DNA of 48,140 bases, filler included, from Catajapyx aquilonaris (GCA_000934665.2; 2 parts of 2 records of this genome joined end to end with filler, not necessarily neighbours in it), one strand, 5' to 3'. Shown: positions 1 to 11,904, numbered from the whole stretch's first letter. The notes: a model not told the origin generated them from the sequence alone. A program made the numbers and translations.

Positions 1-190
1 GGCCGCAGTGGCGCTTTCCCATGTTAAACTCGCATAGACGGTGGCGCCACTGCGGAATTTTTCCATGAGTCGCCGTAATAAGCCGTGGACCACTACTGTA
101 TATATATTTAAAATTTGTTTTCTTAGATTGCTTGCAAGCATGTTTCCAATAGACTTATCTATGCAATTGTCTTTCTCTTTTCTCTCGAAG

Positions 191-537
191 TGTCAATGGT
201 CTTAGGAATCCCAACAGTGAAGAGGGATGCGCAGAGCTATCTTCTAAACACCCTACACAATTTGACTGAGTCAATGAGCATAGAGGAACAGGATGACACG
301 CTAATTGTGGTGTTTGTGGCAGATACTGACCTGGATTACGTGCAGCAGGTTGGGAGTCAGATAGAAAGGCTGTATCCTGCCCACCTGGAGTCAGGACTCA
401 TTGAAGTTATTGCTCCACTGGAAGATTATTACCCAGATATGAACCAGCTCAAACAGACCTTGGGAGATCCCATGGATAGGGTGCAATGGAGGACCAAGCA
501 GAACCTCGATTATGCCTTTCTCATGATGTACTCTCAG
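191..537 (+). CDS. MGAT4: MGAT4 exon (SMVLGIPTVKR...LMMYSQ)
   Basis: Polypyrimidine tract plus AG at 189-190; donor GTAGGT at 538; phase 1 to 0. Confidence 0.95.
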
Positions 538-3500
538 GTAGGTTGCTCAAAGGAGTTCTCATTACTATTATAATATCTAGCTGGTTAAGAAAACTTAAAT
601 TGTGATTATTAGTCATTTCATGGCTTGCTATTTTTGACAAGACTGGTCATCTCAGTCTTTTGGTGCTGAGACCCAGTACAACAGTGACAATCTTAATACC
701 ATGCATAGTGTCACTGACACCATATTGACCAACAAAATCACAGCTGAGGCCGGAAAGTTCGACTTATAGAAGTTTTTAAAATCATATAACACGATGAAAC
801 ACGATATTAATTTTGTCCATAGAAATTCGTCTCTATTTCCATACTCGTAACTTATAATTACCATTCATTTTGTCTGCAATTTGTTTTTGACCTCTGGGCA
901 GTCAAAAAATCAAAATCCTCAAATGTATGGGTTTTTCCCAATCAAGTGAGCCTAAATGTTGCTAAACCATCTCGGATTTTGCTGGAAAAAATATCACACT
1001 ATCTGTACACACCTACGTTGTAACGCTGCATAATTATCAAGTTTAAGCCAAATTACGAAATACTATGGGGAGGGGGGAAATCACCCAATTTTGGAAATTT
1101 TGCCCTTTTTGGATAATTTTTTTAGGTCAGTGGAAGTGGTCAAAACCCAATCAACATATATATCAAACGAAAGAGAATCACCAGGAGAACGCGTCTATGG
1201 AGTTAGGTTTCCTCTAAAATGTAACCAGAAAAACTTGTGTGGCATTCGATAGGTAACATGTCCAAGCATTTGGCTCCATAGCAATTAATGGTAATTCTGC
1301 GAAACATTTATGGGCTTTTTCTGAACCAGTCGCAACACTAAATTCGTGTCCTGACATTTTTGTGTAGTCCATAAAAGCGTTCTGGCCTTCTGAAAAAGAG
1401 CATTTCGGAGTCTGCCCGTTTTAAAATTAGCATTTCTCAAAATGGATGGTTTGAAAAGGAGATTTTCGCGATCTGCCCATTTGAGAAGTGCATTTTGCAA
1501 TCACTTCAAGCCCACATATGAGGAGTGTTTTGCTTGCGGTGATATTAACTTACTGGTATTCCGTTCTGATAATGGTGACTGCCAAGTAGGCATACATATA
1601 ATACCATGCAATGTGTTACTTGGAGCGAGAGAGTGGGTGTTAGCTTATGGGGAAGCAGAGGGAATGAGACCATGCAGGTTTCATGCACTCTGCAGATAGC
1701 ATCATCTCTTCCAGCCATCAGAAGAGAGTGTGTAGTTTTAGACATGCCCCATGTGTGGTCCAATGCAAACCTTCCAGGATAATTTTGCTGTACTACACAA
1801 AAAATAACCCATTTTCATGGTAATGAGGTTCTGCAGTTCCACTGGTTCACATTGGACATTTCTTGCATGAACAACGAGACACCCAGTATGTTTATTTACC
1901 TATTACCTTAATTTCTACTTGACCTAGCCAAAAGGCACCTTCTACGTCCAGTTGGAAGATGACATTCTGACTAAGCGTGGGTTCATCACCACCATGAAGA
2001 GCTTTGCTTTGCAGCAGCGGACTTCCGAAAAGGAGGACTGGTTTCTGCTTGACTTTTGTCAGCTGGGATTTATTGGTAAGTTTAACCCTCCCAACACTGA
2101 ATGTGTGCTGCAATACACATTGGAATGAAAATGAATATCTCTGATCTGAGAGTTACTCGAAGGGTGTTCCAGTTGAAGTGTCCATTGAAGTTAGCAAATT
2201 TTTTACCACTAATTTCATAATATTTTAAGTTACTTGTCATAGTTTCTTTACTTGTTTTCTAAAAGTATTAGCTGCTAACATTGTCCCAAATTTAATCAGC
2301 GATCTGAGCTTGAATTGTAATGTATTGGATGTGTTCAAATGAAATAAAGTGAGGTAGTATTTCAGGAGCTATTTGTCTCAGCTGAGTGATAGTGGTATCT
2401 CTGGGTAGGGCCTTTCATAGCTAATATATTTTCATGCAGAGTAGTTAGTAGTCAGTATCCATGTAGTGGACAGGGGAGCATTTTATCCTAGTCAACCAGG
2501 GCTATGGATTCGTCCAAACATGCAAGGCTCGCCACCATCGTTTTTCCTCATCGTTTTCCACCATGAGAGTTGGGGGGGGGGGGGGAAGTTACGNNNNNNN
2601 NNNNGATCAATGAATTCTAATTAATTTAATACTGTATGAAGGATTTTCAATCGTATGGTATATGTTTGGGAATATTAACAAAACATTGCATACAAAAAAT
2701 ATTTTTTGTGTCACTTCAGGTAAGATGTTCAGATGCACAGAATTAGGCTGGCCGATACAGTTTTTCTTGATGTTCTACAACGATAAGCCTGTCGACTGGC
2801 TGCTGGATAATCTCATACAGACGCGTGCCTGCAGGCAGGACAGGGACAATGTGGGTTTCAAATTCTGATCAGCCTCGTTATTGTCTCTGAATATGTTGTT
2901 GACTGCATTTTCTATTGCAGAAAGCATGTCGAATGGCCAAAGACAAGTTGTGGGTGCATTACAAGCCGTCCCTTTTCCAGCATATTGGGACACACTCATC
3001 TCTCAAGGGGAAGGTGCAAAAGCTCAAAGTAAGGAGCCTTTCCAGTAAATAATTATAGCTTCACTTAACTTTTGACTTCTTCACACCTTTTAAAGCTGTT
3101 TGTTTAATGTATGCTGGGGCACAGCAGGGATTTTACGAGCAGCTTGTTTGTTGTTTTTGTTTATATTTTTCCTGTTAGAAATTAATGTAATGTCCATTGA
3201 TTAATAATTTAACAGCATGTGGTTGGAAGCATGGTTTAGTTTGGTTTGCTCTCATGGAAGAAGCTAACTGCTAAGGCAACTAAGGCCAATGCACTATTAG
3301 TAGGGCAGGAGGGAAGGGGGTATTGTGCTTTCTCTGGCTCTTGCCACATTGAGGACCTGCATGGCTTAGTATGACCTGCCAGTAGCTAATTTGTTGCCAG
3401 CATAGCTCTTGGGGTTGTCAAGCCCCACCCCCATATCAAGGTGGAGGTACAGTTGCGCGCACAAAGATGTGGATGGTCTCCTGTTGGTGTGGATGTGGAT

Positions 3501-4970
3501 GGCCTCCTGCTAGTAGTGGAGCTGCCAGTGTCACCATTACACTATCAACATTCAGTATTCTCGACATGTCATAGACTAGTAAGCCTATACCCTGGTGGTG
3601 TTGGTGAGGGGCAGAGGTCATGCAAGGAGGCCCCACAGCTGTGTTTTACCAACCACATCTTTATGCTTGTACCTTGGGCTGGGAGGAATGGGAAGTGATT
3701 GGGTAAAACAATAATTTGAATGAGCATATTTGTCAGCATCCGTGTTGTTTATTCTGCTCGTGCCATTTTTCCACATTATAACCTTGTTTTTAACATTCTT
3801 TTGCAGGATAATCAGTTTGATAAGGTGCCATTGTTCTTCTCTCACAAGAATCCAACGGCACAGGTGGAGACAGACGTAAAGGCATACAAGCCATACAAGT
3901 ATTCACTGGCCCAGGCATACGGAGGGGAGAATTTCTTCTGGGGGCTGCTCCCCCAGAAGGGTGACCACATGTCTTTATTCTTCACTCCCCCAGTGGCTCT
4001 TAAGCACTATCTGTTCAGAAGCGGGAATGTGGAACATCCCTCTGACCTCTTACATGACACCACTGTGGAAATACTTCCTGATGCATCTCTGGACAGCTAC
4101 AGGCATACATATAATGTAACCTCTGATGGGTACATCATAGCAGGAGAGTTCGATGAGTGGGGAGTAGCAGAGGGGTATGTTAGCCCCACCCTCGGGCCAA
4201 TCAAGGGCATCAGGCTTCATGTCCGAAGGGAGACAGAGCACTGGGTCATCCTCAGTGAGGTCAGTATACCTAAGATTGATCTCAGCATGTATTATGTTCA
4301 GGAAGGAATTTGTGAAGTTTCTGACTGTTGGATGTGGATAGATTTTTTTGTATACCATGTTCTTCGAATGGTGGATGACACCACGGAAATTAGGCATATG
4401 ATTAATGATTTCCATATAATATTATTTCTCATGGACAGCAGTACATTTTTGTGTGCAAGTTGGTAATTTACTCAAATTTCCACGAAAAACCCTGCATTTT
4501 TTAACTTAAGTATACTGTTAAAACATGTGCTGCAGTTCAATCGCCTTCAGTTGCTTATTATGATCTGGGATTTCAGGGCTGGTGCTATTATTGCAGCAAG
4601 ATCGTATCTCCCATCAGTGCTATAGTAATGGCTGCTCGAAATATTTTCAAATTCACATTTTCCTCTGGCCCTGTGCCATTATACGCTGTGAAAATATGTA
4701 TTAGATCACAGGCTTGACAGACTTAATAATTTAGCAACATTTGAAGCAACTTATTGCACCTCGTTTCGTCTTATGGAATATGGAACTTGATGGCCACCCT
4801 GTATAATGCCAGGATGTTTGTTAGGAATTTTCTTTTGATGTATCGCATTTGAATTAGTTGCAATAATGACAAGTTTCTTGGAGTTTCTTGGCTATCACTG
4901 ATGAATAATTTTCTCAATTTCTGTTTGACCTTTCCTGTAGATTTACATTGAGGAAGCAGACAGTATATGA
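191..4970 (+). CDS. MGAT4: Alpha-1,3-mannosyl-glycoprotein 4-beta-N-acetylglucosaminyltransferase (GnT-IV, GT54), MGAT4A/B-like; 5' exons lie outside the window. join(191..537,1928..2075,2720..2850,2921..3028,3807..4259,4941..4970)
   Basis: Six GT-AG-bounded exons with compatible phases splice into one open frame. It contains the GT54 motifs LGIPTVKR, WRTKQNLDYAFLM, YVQLEDD, LGFIGKMF, KPVDWLL, PSLFQHIGTHSSLKGKVQKLKD and the C-terminal lectin-domain motif WVILSEIYI. Stop TGA at 4968-4970. Confidence 0.96.
1928..2075 (+). CDS. MGAT4: MGAT4 exon (PKGTFYVQLEDD...QLGFI); absent from the ORF track
   Basis: Acceptor CTAG ends at 1927; donor GTAAGT at 2076; contains the catalytic EDD motif; phase 0 to 1. 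Confidence 0.95.
2720..2850 (+). CDS. MGAT4: MGAT4 exon (GKMFR...KPVDWLL...RQDRDN)
   Basis: Acceptor TTCAG ends at 2719; donor GTGGGT at 2851; phase 1 to 0. Confidence 0.93.
2921..3028 (+). CDS. MGAT4: MGAT4 exon (KACRMAK...PSLFQHIGTHSSLKGKVQKLK)
   Basis: Acceptor TTGCAG ends at 2920 after a 70-bp intron; donor GTAAGG at 3029; phase 0 to 0. Confidence 0.95.
3807..4259 (+). CDS. MGAT4: MGAT4 exon, C-terminal lectin domain (DNQFDK...HWVILSE)
   Basis: Acceptor TTGCAG ends at 3806; donor GTCAGT at 4260; motifs FFWGLLP and YLFRSGNVEHPSD. Confidence 0.95.
4941..4970 (+). CDS. MGAT4: MGAT4 terminal coding exon (IYIEEADSI*)
   Basis: Acceptor CCTTTCCTGTAG ends at 4940; completes the family C-terminal LSE-I(F/Y)I pattern; stop TGA. 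Confidence 0.8.
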   Translation: MYIEEADSI

Positions 4971-7027
4971 GATCGGTGGAAAACGTGATCACCTTATGCC
5001 AAAGAACTGCCTAGCAAGATAAATCCGATCTGCGTCCTGCATACTTTGCTCACCATGAGAATATTTTTAAGCACAGCGTCACTCGCTGGGCATCTCACTT
5101 TTTATGTGATTTATTTTCAAGTATATTTACCAGTGCAATAGCCCACTTTTGTTTTGTCTATTCAACCTATTGGGTGCTTCTGGGAGTGAAAATATTTTGG
5201 GCATGCACCCAAAGATGCAAAAAGTGGTCCAGATTTTGGTTACAAATGGTTCGTGTTGAGCAGTTTGGAACGCTTACAATATCTCATAAGGAAATCAACC
5301 GATCATCATTGCAGGAAGGATGCTTTGGAGAGGATGGATTGAATCATACCACTGACTTCCAGTTTTAACTTAACTATAGAAAAGAAAATTATGTTGTTTT
5401 TAGCAAAAGGCAGAATGAAAAGACCAGTTCTGCTCACTGTGGGCTTACCTTTCACTTCTCAGAAAAACATACTGTACTCTCAAAATCAATATATTTTTTG
5501 CGAGATTTTTACAGCCAACCTGTAAATCAAGTGCAGTGTCCCATTAAGGAAATTGTGATTTTTCAAATGGCTGGACTGATTAACTTGCTGTGGAAGGTGC
5601 AAATAATGGTGCAAATTGTACAAATCTTGGCTCCAAACTCTTTGGGATGCATCCGAAAGCACATGCTTAAAATCAAGGTTGTGACCAATTTAAGCATAAA
5701 TTTCTCAGCCGTCAACCAGATGTACATTTTTTAAACTCCCACATAACGGGAAAGGAATTCCAAAGCATACATGTCTGTTGCACATAATTGTGATCATGTG
5801 GACATTAGCATTTATGCACAATATTTTCCATCCCCTCCCCTGTTGTTAGCATTACCTCGGTTTTACTGGCCCTATTCACCTTTGTCTTCATGTTATTATT
5901 TTACCTGCTGCTTTGGAGTAATTGGGAGTGCTAAAAGTTTCTACGATGTATTCAATACGCACATTGTGGGCAGTTCAAACAATATGGGAGTAAAACCACA
6001 TAGAGAATTTTTTGCACGTATGGGATGTTTTCAGCAAATGTGTAAGGGTGAATGGAAACTTAATTATTGGTCATCATAATTATTGGTTTATTTATGTGCT
6101 TCAGAATTTAGAGTTGTTAGATCTTATTGATTTTTAGACACTCAGGTATTTCTAAGTGTCATTGTTGTTAAGATTATTTATTTGCATGTGCAATTATGAT
6201 CACTTGCAAAAGTGTGAGAGAGTGAATTTTGATGGGTATTTGTGTGAATGGGTAAATGGAACTTAAAAGGTCTATGCACTGTACTTCAAGGTTGCTTGAG
6301 CACCTTAGAATATTTAAAATAAGGTCATGGAATACCTGTTAACGTATATGTTGGTTCTTTTGTAAACTGTGATAATTTCTTGGAAGCATTTGTATTTTTC
6401 AAGAATTATGTTTTTCTGAAGCTCCAGTTAAGCTTATGAATATAATAAAAAATTATTGTATTTTAAAGTACTTTGCAGGATGTAGGGGTGACCAAACAGT
6501 GAGTTTCTGATTACGGGCAAAAAGACATAATATAATTACAGACAAAAAAAAGGTGGGTCTCACTTTCCTTCTCAGATTCAGTATTTCTTCCCCGTGTGTA
6601 TCCGCTGACATATAGGCGTGTATCTGCAAGGAAGGAAGGTTTGGTCATGGGTTATGTTGGTATAGTGTGCCCATATGCGAAGGTGAGGTAGACATGGTCA
6701 ATTATTGGTTTAAACCGCATATTCCTGTGACAGTGCCCAAACTTCCACTGCAATCGTGAATGAAACGCAGCATAAAGCGTTCCAAACGTAAGACTTTGTA
6801 TTAGATGGTGTGGAAAGGTTCCTGTCGGATTTAGGCTTTATGCGAATTTTTTAGACAAAATTACCCAAGTTAATTTTGGAGCTTTCTGCATCATAACAGA
6901 AATAATATCCTGTTGTGAATCAAACTAACAAATTCAGTCATAACTCATAGTTATGCTGCATTAATGTTAAAGTATGTCATTACGGAGCATGCTGTCCGAA
7001 TATTACATTGTTGTAACCTACTACATA

Positions 7028-7899
7028 CCTCAACTGAACCAGTTGTCGCATGACCTTCAACATGAACTGCACTTCCCCAAACAAAAAATGTCTTGATTAA
7101 TTGCACTATCTATGCAAAAGCAGACTGTGATAATAAATAAGCAGCATGGATATTAAAGTTATAGAGCTACCTTTTATATCATTCTATGACAAGCCGCTTA
7201 GTCCCAACTGACATATTAGTCGGACAAGTATTTTGGTTCACCGTGTGTGTGGGACATCATGAGCAGTGATCTTACACAGCAAGAAAGCTTCAACAAATAT
7301 AGCCTACCAAGTACCTCCTTTCGCAGCAGTTATTTGGGAGAAAAAAAATCAGGGAATGATCAATTCAATCTAGGAACCACAAAATTTATTTTAAATCAGA
7401 TAAATCATCGTAATAAGGCGGGTGTTTACAGAAAAAAAGAGACAGAAAAAGATGACATTTGTTATGGTGTGTTACAGTAACGAAATTATCAAAATAGTGT
7501 AGTCCATTAGACTACAGCCCCCCACCCACCACCACCATGCCTCAACTGAACGTACAAGCAGTTGTCGCATGACCTTCAAAATGAATTGCACTTCCAAATA
7601 AATGTCTGATTAATAGCATTCTCTCTCTATGAAAAAGCAGACTGATATAATAATAAAGGATAAGAAGCTTAGTGCCAACAAAATAATGGACATATTAGTC
7701 GGAGAAGTATTTTGGATCACCCTCTGTATGAGACATCATGAGCTGTCATTGCCTATTACAAAGCAAGAAAGCCTCAAAATAATACATGCCAACATCCTTA
7801 CGCAGCAGTTATTTGGGAGAAAAAAAACAAAACAAAATTAGTTGGTTCAAACTAGGAACAACAAAACTTTATTTCAGACCATATGAATCATCGTATTAA
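7028..7899. repeat. Diverged direct duplication of ~370-390 bp (about 7028-7415 and 7540-7899)
   Basis: Colinear shared blocks: CAGTTGTCGCATGACCTTCAA, GACATATTAGTCGGA, GACATCATGAGC, CGCAGCAGTTATTTGGGAGAAAAAAAA, AATCATCGTA. Confidence 0.85.
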
Positions 7900-8263
7900 C
7901 GTTACTCTCTTAAATATACGTATACTGAGTGAGTGACAAAAACCGCTCAAAAATTAGAAATTCTGCTTACTGATGAACATGCCAGTTTTGAAGTTAAACA
8001 ACGATAAGCGTCATGATGGAAAAATTAAAAGATGTTCATCTTAATCAGCATTTCGTAGTGATACTGCAAAAACTTATAGTATTATACTATATGAAATTCG
8101 TCAGGACAAAGATCGCTCAAAATTCGAGTGTAGGTAAGTAGCTGATATTTGAGGTTGCGCTGAGAATACTCAGAATGAGAAGAATAATTATATGCTTAAA
8201 TAGTGTGAAATAGTGCTCAAACTGTTTCCACTAGTGCATAAAATTGGAGCGCAATAAAAGTGC

Positions 8264-9906
8264 TCAAGAGAACCACTCAAATATTGGAGCTATAAACCAG
8301 TCGCAGAGTAACTTGAATATCAAAATATTGTAGTTCATTGGCCAGATGTAGCAATGGAAAAAGTAATGTAAGCCAGCCGATGCAAGTCTCAAAATGTGTT
8401 CTTCCATGTTATGTACGGTTCTCTTGCGCTGCTCTATTTCCCGGCACATTATTGCCCTGACGCTGACCTTTTCACGCAACATGGTCAGTCCAACATGGGT
8501 GATTCGGTGACACATGATCAACACCACTTCACGAAGAGAAGCGCATCTGGAGATGACTTCCAGGCACGAATCGTCCAGGTGGGGGAGTCCGCAGAGTGTC
8601 AGGGTTTCCAACCGGATCTGTGGCCCGGAGAAGAAGGCCTGGAACGCTGGGGAGGTCAGATTGCCGGAGCCTTGCAGAATCAGGCGACGGAGGTTGGTCA
8701 GCCGGCCAAGACCTTCCAGGAGGCCGTCGTCGGTGATTCTGCAGTGGGGAAGGTCCAGGTCCTCCAGCTGCTGGAATTGGCCAAGGAGAAGGAAGGACTC
8801 GGGCTGCTGGAGACAAATGGAAAGATGTCGCAATGTTCCTGAGGAAGTTGAAGCCAACACGTCGAGTTCATTGTCGGCTGAGCGGTTACGAGGGTGGAGG
8901 GTCACCCTCTGGAGACGTGTGCAGGGACGTTCCAGAGTCAAGTCCGGCGGTTTGGATAATCCAGTGTCCAGGTATATGCTCTCCATGTGGCGGCAGGGAG
9001 AAAGGATGTCCAATAGGTGAGGCATGTCAGCAGGAAGCCCGTACGTGCGGATATGGACGTCTCTAAGGTGAACACATCTGTGGGCAAGTCCGGAGAGAGT
9101 GTCCGTCTTCTCCACCACGACCCCTATCAAAGGCTCAAAGCCAGGCTGTTCAACTTGGACACGGTGTCCAGAATGGCATCGCATTTTACCGTGGACGTGA
9201 GGCTGATCAACGTCAAACTGCTCAACTTTGTGGCCACCTGGATTCGTTCGAGTGCTTCTTGGAAGTCCATATTGTTCAGGTCGATGCTGAGCCACTTCCA
9301 GAGGGTTTTATCCCGGGACAGAGTGGCCCACCTTCTGGACACCAACGGGACACTCTCCAGCAGGTCGTCTTGGGTCAAGTACGAAAATATGTGAAGCAGC
9401 AGCTCGTCGGACAGGTCGAAGAATAGGTCGCGTCCAGCCTGAATTGAAAATTTTGGTCAGTATATACGGTACATTACTTACATATAGGCAGGTGTTATGG
9501 TGCAATTATTAATTTCTCAAGTTTTCAAACTGTCCATGTTTCGTAACAATGAGTACAGTCATGCCTGGATACCCAACATAATGTGTCTGGATAATGTTTT
9601 ACACATAAGTCAGGGCTATTAAGGCTGCTAAATTCCAAATTGTCGTTAATCTGTGTAGCAAAATGCTTGCACTTGAATTCCACATTGAGTGGGGTCATTT
9701 TATTGAAAATTATGACATTTGCCTCTTCCCGCATTTTTGGAATTTACAATGCATCCCAAATTCATGCACAAAATTGCGAATTTATGAGTAGCATTTATGG
9801 AGAAGTGTATTCGCCATTGATGCATTTTCAAACATTAATATATTTTGAGAAATCCGGCCATGTTAATTACCTGATGCTGTTGGGCGTTTATCAGTCCCAC
9901 CTCCAT
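8264..9906 (-). pseudogene. F-box/LRR-repeat (FBXL-type) gene interrupted by one frameshift near 9130; either a pseudogene or a 1-nt assembly error. Coding exons 9906..9871 and 9438..8264
   Basis: The exon at 9438 (acceptor TTTTCAATTCAG) encodes an F-box, DLSDELLLHIFSYLTQDDLLESVPLVSRRWATLSRDKTLWKWLSI. This frame stops at TGA 9129-9127. LRRs (LEDLDLPHCRITDDGL, LTNLRRLILQGSGNLT, LETLTLCGLPHLDDSCL, LREVVLIMCHRITHVGL) continue in the -1 frame to the stop at 8264. The upstream 60-nt exon 9930..9871 supplies an in-frame AAAATGG start at 9906. Confidence 0.85.
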
Positions 9907-9930
9907 TTTTTGCGTGTAAAATGTTGCAAC
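9871..9930 (-). CDS. Probable exon of the F-box/LRR gene carrying a candidate start codon (MEVGLINAQQHQ)
   Basis: Strong acceptor TTTCTTTTTCTCCACCAG; donor CAG|GTAATT; 60 nt; open and in phase with the F-box exon. Confidence 0.65.
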
Positions 9931-10564
9931 CTGGTGGAGAAAAAGAAACAGGACAGATATTAAATCACTAATTTTGTCACTTTACTGAAATTTGTGTGAA
10001 TAAGATTCCCAACCACATGTGCTCCTCAAATGAGTAGTTGTTACCAAGAAATTGACGTCATTCCCCTTTCAATTAGTAACTTAGTTTCGTATGTCAGCAT
10101 TCGTCGCATTATTCAGTATGTTTTCATTCGTCAGCTAGCAAGTTCACTTCTTATTCCATCCTATTTTTTGCCACACTATTAATATTTCAACATTCCATCC
10201 GTCATTTCACAGGCTGTCATCCAGCATTCAATTCCATTCATCTCAATAATGACATTCCATTCCCAATTCAATATAAGCCAGATCATATGAACCAAAATTA
10301 TGGAAGATAACCGCCTGATTTGACTAGCAGAAGGAACATAACGTACACAAGACCTTTTTCATTATTGAACAAAAAGTGTCACTAAGTCAGTTGTTCATTT
10401 GGCAATCACTTTTAAAGCTATTTAACAGTGTAACGGAATACAACAAAAAAAATCACGCTTGTTCATTTGCCAAATAAATTCTACTCCACAATAAGCCAGC
10501 CATAAAATGCAGTTAACTCTCAGGGTTACAAAGTCCATTGTGGACTAATAAGTCTAATATTTAC

Positions 10565-10657
10565 CTTTAATAGTCGACAACCCTCGTCCGTCACCGGCAG
10601 GGCATGGCACAGGCGAAGCACTCTGCGAACTGTAGCCAACACTTGGTCCAAGAAGTC
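10565..10657 (-). other. Probable further upstream exon of the F-box/LRR gene (93 nt, coding or 5' UTR)
   Basis: Acceptor CCTCTGTTGACAG; donor AAG|GTAAAT; GC-rich island in an AT-rich intron; open in phase 0 (DFLDQVLATVRRVLRLCHALPVTDEGCRLLK). Confidence 0.5.
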
Positions 10658-11136
10658 CTGTCAACAGAGGATAATCACAACACCACCTTCCTAGTTCCCT
10701 TCATTCGTCAGAATGACTGACACTCCGCGCCGTCCAAATATTTCCATTGGAGATTGGACATTATTATTTTCCTAACTAGTCACAAGACAGTATGATTCAT
10801 TTAACTTGTGACCATTCATGTGCTGGCCAATTTGCCTTGCCCCTTTCCCCCGGACTCTTGCGACACCCAGCGGGCATCTATCTGAGCTGAATGGGGAAAG
10901 AAATGGCCTACCTACCTATGTGCAGTCCTTGAGGGCCATGTTATGGGGATTCCGACTATCTTTGCACCGTCACTGTCAGGCGCCTATTGGGACTAAAAAT
11001 ATGCAATGGGTACCAAATGATAGCTCCACCCATGCCCCGTCTCATGCCGTACATCTCCATCCGAGAGGTTGAGCGGGGAAGGACATGTAAAATCCTATAC
11101 TTTGTCATTGTTTCTCGCCGGAAGTGCAGTTTGTGT

Positions 11137-11346
11137 CACTACATCACTCAAACAACCACATTAAAATGTCCCAAATTTTAATATGTCGTAAAGACAATCT
11201 TCCTCTGCATATTGCACCAACTCTGGGCCGATTATAGAGGTTGATTTAATTATTCGAAAATAGAAAAGTGAGCATATATGAGTGATATCGGAACTTAGGG
11301 CAGCTTGAGTTAGGTACTGATGGATCAAAGTCCGTTCAAAACCTAT

Positions 11347-11385
<39 letters not shown>

Positions 11386-11442
11386 AATAATAATAATAGC
11401 AGCAGCAGCAGCAATAGTAGCAGTAATAATAATAATTGTACC

Positions 11443-11515
<73 letters not shown>

Positions 11516-11707
11516 GGTTTTGCACGGACTTTGATCAATCAGTACCTAACTCAAGCAGCCCTAAGTTCCGATATCACTTATATGCTCACTTTTTTATTTT
11601 CGAATAATTAAATCAACCTCGAGTTGGTGCAATATGCAGAGGAAGATTGTCTGTACAACATATTAAAATTTGGAACATTTTAATGTGGTTGTTTGGGCGA
11701 TGTAGTC
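11137..11707. mobile_element. Foldback (palindromic) non-autonomous element with ~200-bp arms and a central trinucleotide microsatellite
   Basis: 11137-11348 is the reverse complement of about 11512-11707 (CACTACATCACTCAAACAACCACATTAAAATG versus CATTTTAATGTGGTTGTTTGGGCGATGTAGTC). No clear TSD. Confidence 0.85.
11348..11516. repeat. Compound microsatellite (AAC)n(AAT)n(AGC)n...(TAT)n
   Basis: Read directly from the sequence; explains the poly-I/V/N/Y ORFs. Confidence 0.98.
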
Positions 11708-11831
11708 TTCCCGCCTCCCTTTTGCCCTAAGTCACGTGATCCCCCCCTCGGAGATGTTTGCATCACTTTTGAGAGGGAGAGGGAGCGTCTGTTGGGGCTG
11801 CCATGGTTGGGGCTATGACCGTGGTTGGGGC

Positions 11832-11866
11832 CTTAGACCATATATACCTGGTATATATGGTCTAAG
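11832..11866. mobile_element. 35-bp perfect hairpin with an 8-bp target-site duplication; P-superfamily footprint or micro-MITE
   Basis: CTTAGACCATATATACC-T-GGTATATATGGTCTAAG flanked by GTTGGGGC at 11824-11831 and 11867-11874. Confidence 0.8.
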
Positions 11867-11904
11867 GTTGGGGCAGAGGGGCAGAGTACGGGAGGGCGGA
11901 GGGA

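Noticed and set aside
1..100. Possible Tc1/mariner right end (...CTACTG|TA), and a TACAGGGTG left-end motif near 17527
   Set aside because: Only single short termini; partner ends were not visible, so they were not called.
4260..4466. C-terminal extension of the 248-aa ORF (VSIPKIDL...CASW)
   Set aside because: Read-through into an intron: a donor lies at 4260 and the family-type terminus is supplied by exon 4941-4970.
8396..9394. Several plus-strand ORFs of 77-168 aa
   Set aside because: Antisense shadows of the GC-rich F-box/LRR coding sequence; no motifs.
11161..11607. Poly-Ile/Val and poly-Asn/Tyr ORFs
   Set aside because: Translations of a trinucleotide microsatellite.
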